Shown: positions 63,305 to 64,000 of the stretch, piece after piece
Numbering within the stretch: position 1 is the stretch's first letter
Layout: each line of letters starts with the position of its first letter
Source: Eledone cirrhosa
Taxonomy: Eukaryota
DNA: 64,000 nucleotides
Reading direction: 5' to 3'
Assembly (NCBI GenBank): GCA_964016885.1
Contig: OZ024743.1
Coordinates: forward strand, 178,622,001 to 178,686,000
Notes under the pieces: generated by a model
The model's database searches: none
Told to the model about the DNA's origin: nothing
Seen by the model: the letters and a program-made list of their open reading frames with translations, nothing else
Position numbers and translations under genes: made by a program

Positions 63305-63875
63305 ATATATACTTATTATATATATATATATATATATTTATATGTCTGTGTGCATGTATGTGTATATGTATATGTATGTATGTATGTCTGTATATATGTG
63401 TGTATGTGTATGTGAGTGTGTGTGTGTATATACACAAGCACCACACATTCACATATACGTGTATCATTGTATTAAACGAGACATGTGAATCACATTTAGG
63501 GCGCATTGAGGTAACAAACTGTTATTGAAGGTCAGTTTTTTTTTGAAATCATATTTAAATAAGTTTTAAAATTATATCTATAGAAAATAAAAAATAATAA
63601 TAATAATTATCATTATCATATGTATAATAGCAATGTAATGCAGTTATTTTTAGTGTGCAAAAACAATTGTAACAAAAAATAATATAAAAATAATATGAAA
63701 ATAATATAAAAATAAACACATAACTGTATATACGTTAAAAGAAATACTTCAGTATACATACATTGTATGTATATTGGCATATGTATATATTTTCATGTTT
63801 ATATGTGTGTGAATGTTTTTGTATATTTTAGGTAATATATACTGCTATATATGTATGCAGTAAAATGTATGTATG

Positions 63876-64000
<125 letters not shown>

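Overview
This is eukaryotic, AT-rich, microsatellite-dense DNA. The repeat families suggest a coleoid cephalopod (octopus-like) genome, which is an inference. The only host gene visible is the 3' part of a class C GPCR (metabotropic glutamate receptor, group II/III-like) on the + strand. It has three exons (11308-11431, 18715-19636, 47030-47371) that splice in frame through GT-AG introns of 7.3 kb and 27.4 kb. The rest is intron or downstream DNA filled with decayed non-LTR retrotransposons (CRE, R4/Dong, L1/Tx1, RTE, CR1/L2-like), a pogo/Tigger-like TIR element, many tRNA-derived SINEs and a 16 x 95-bp satellite. Most predicted ORFs are translations of microsatellites. The most striking unannotated signal is about 15 type I hammerhead-ribozyme motifs (CTGANGA...GAAA...NUH) from several unrelated sequence families. 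Most lie in short fold-back elements with inverted arms, set in (TA)n tracts, and one is physically linked to a Penelope-type GIY-YIG endonuclease ORF. Several are on the receptor's sense strand, so the pre-mRNA is predicted to carry both self-cleaving motifs and long dsRNA stems. All ribozyme calls come from reading and hand-folding the sequence; activity is untested.
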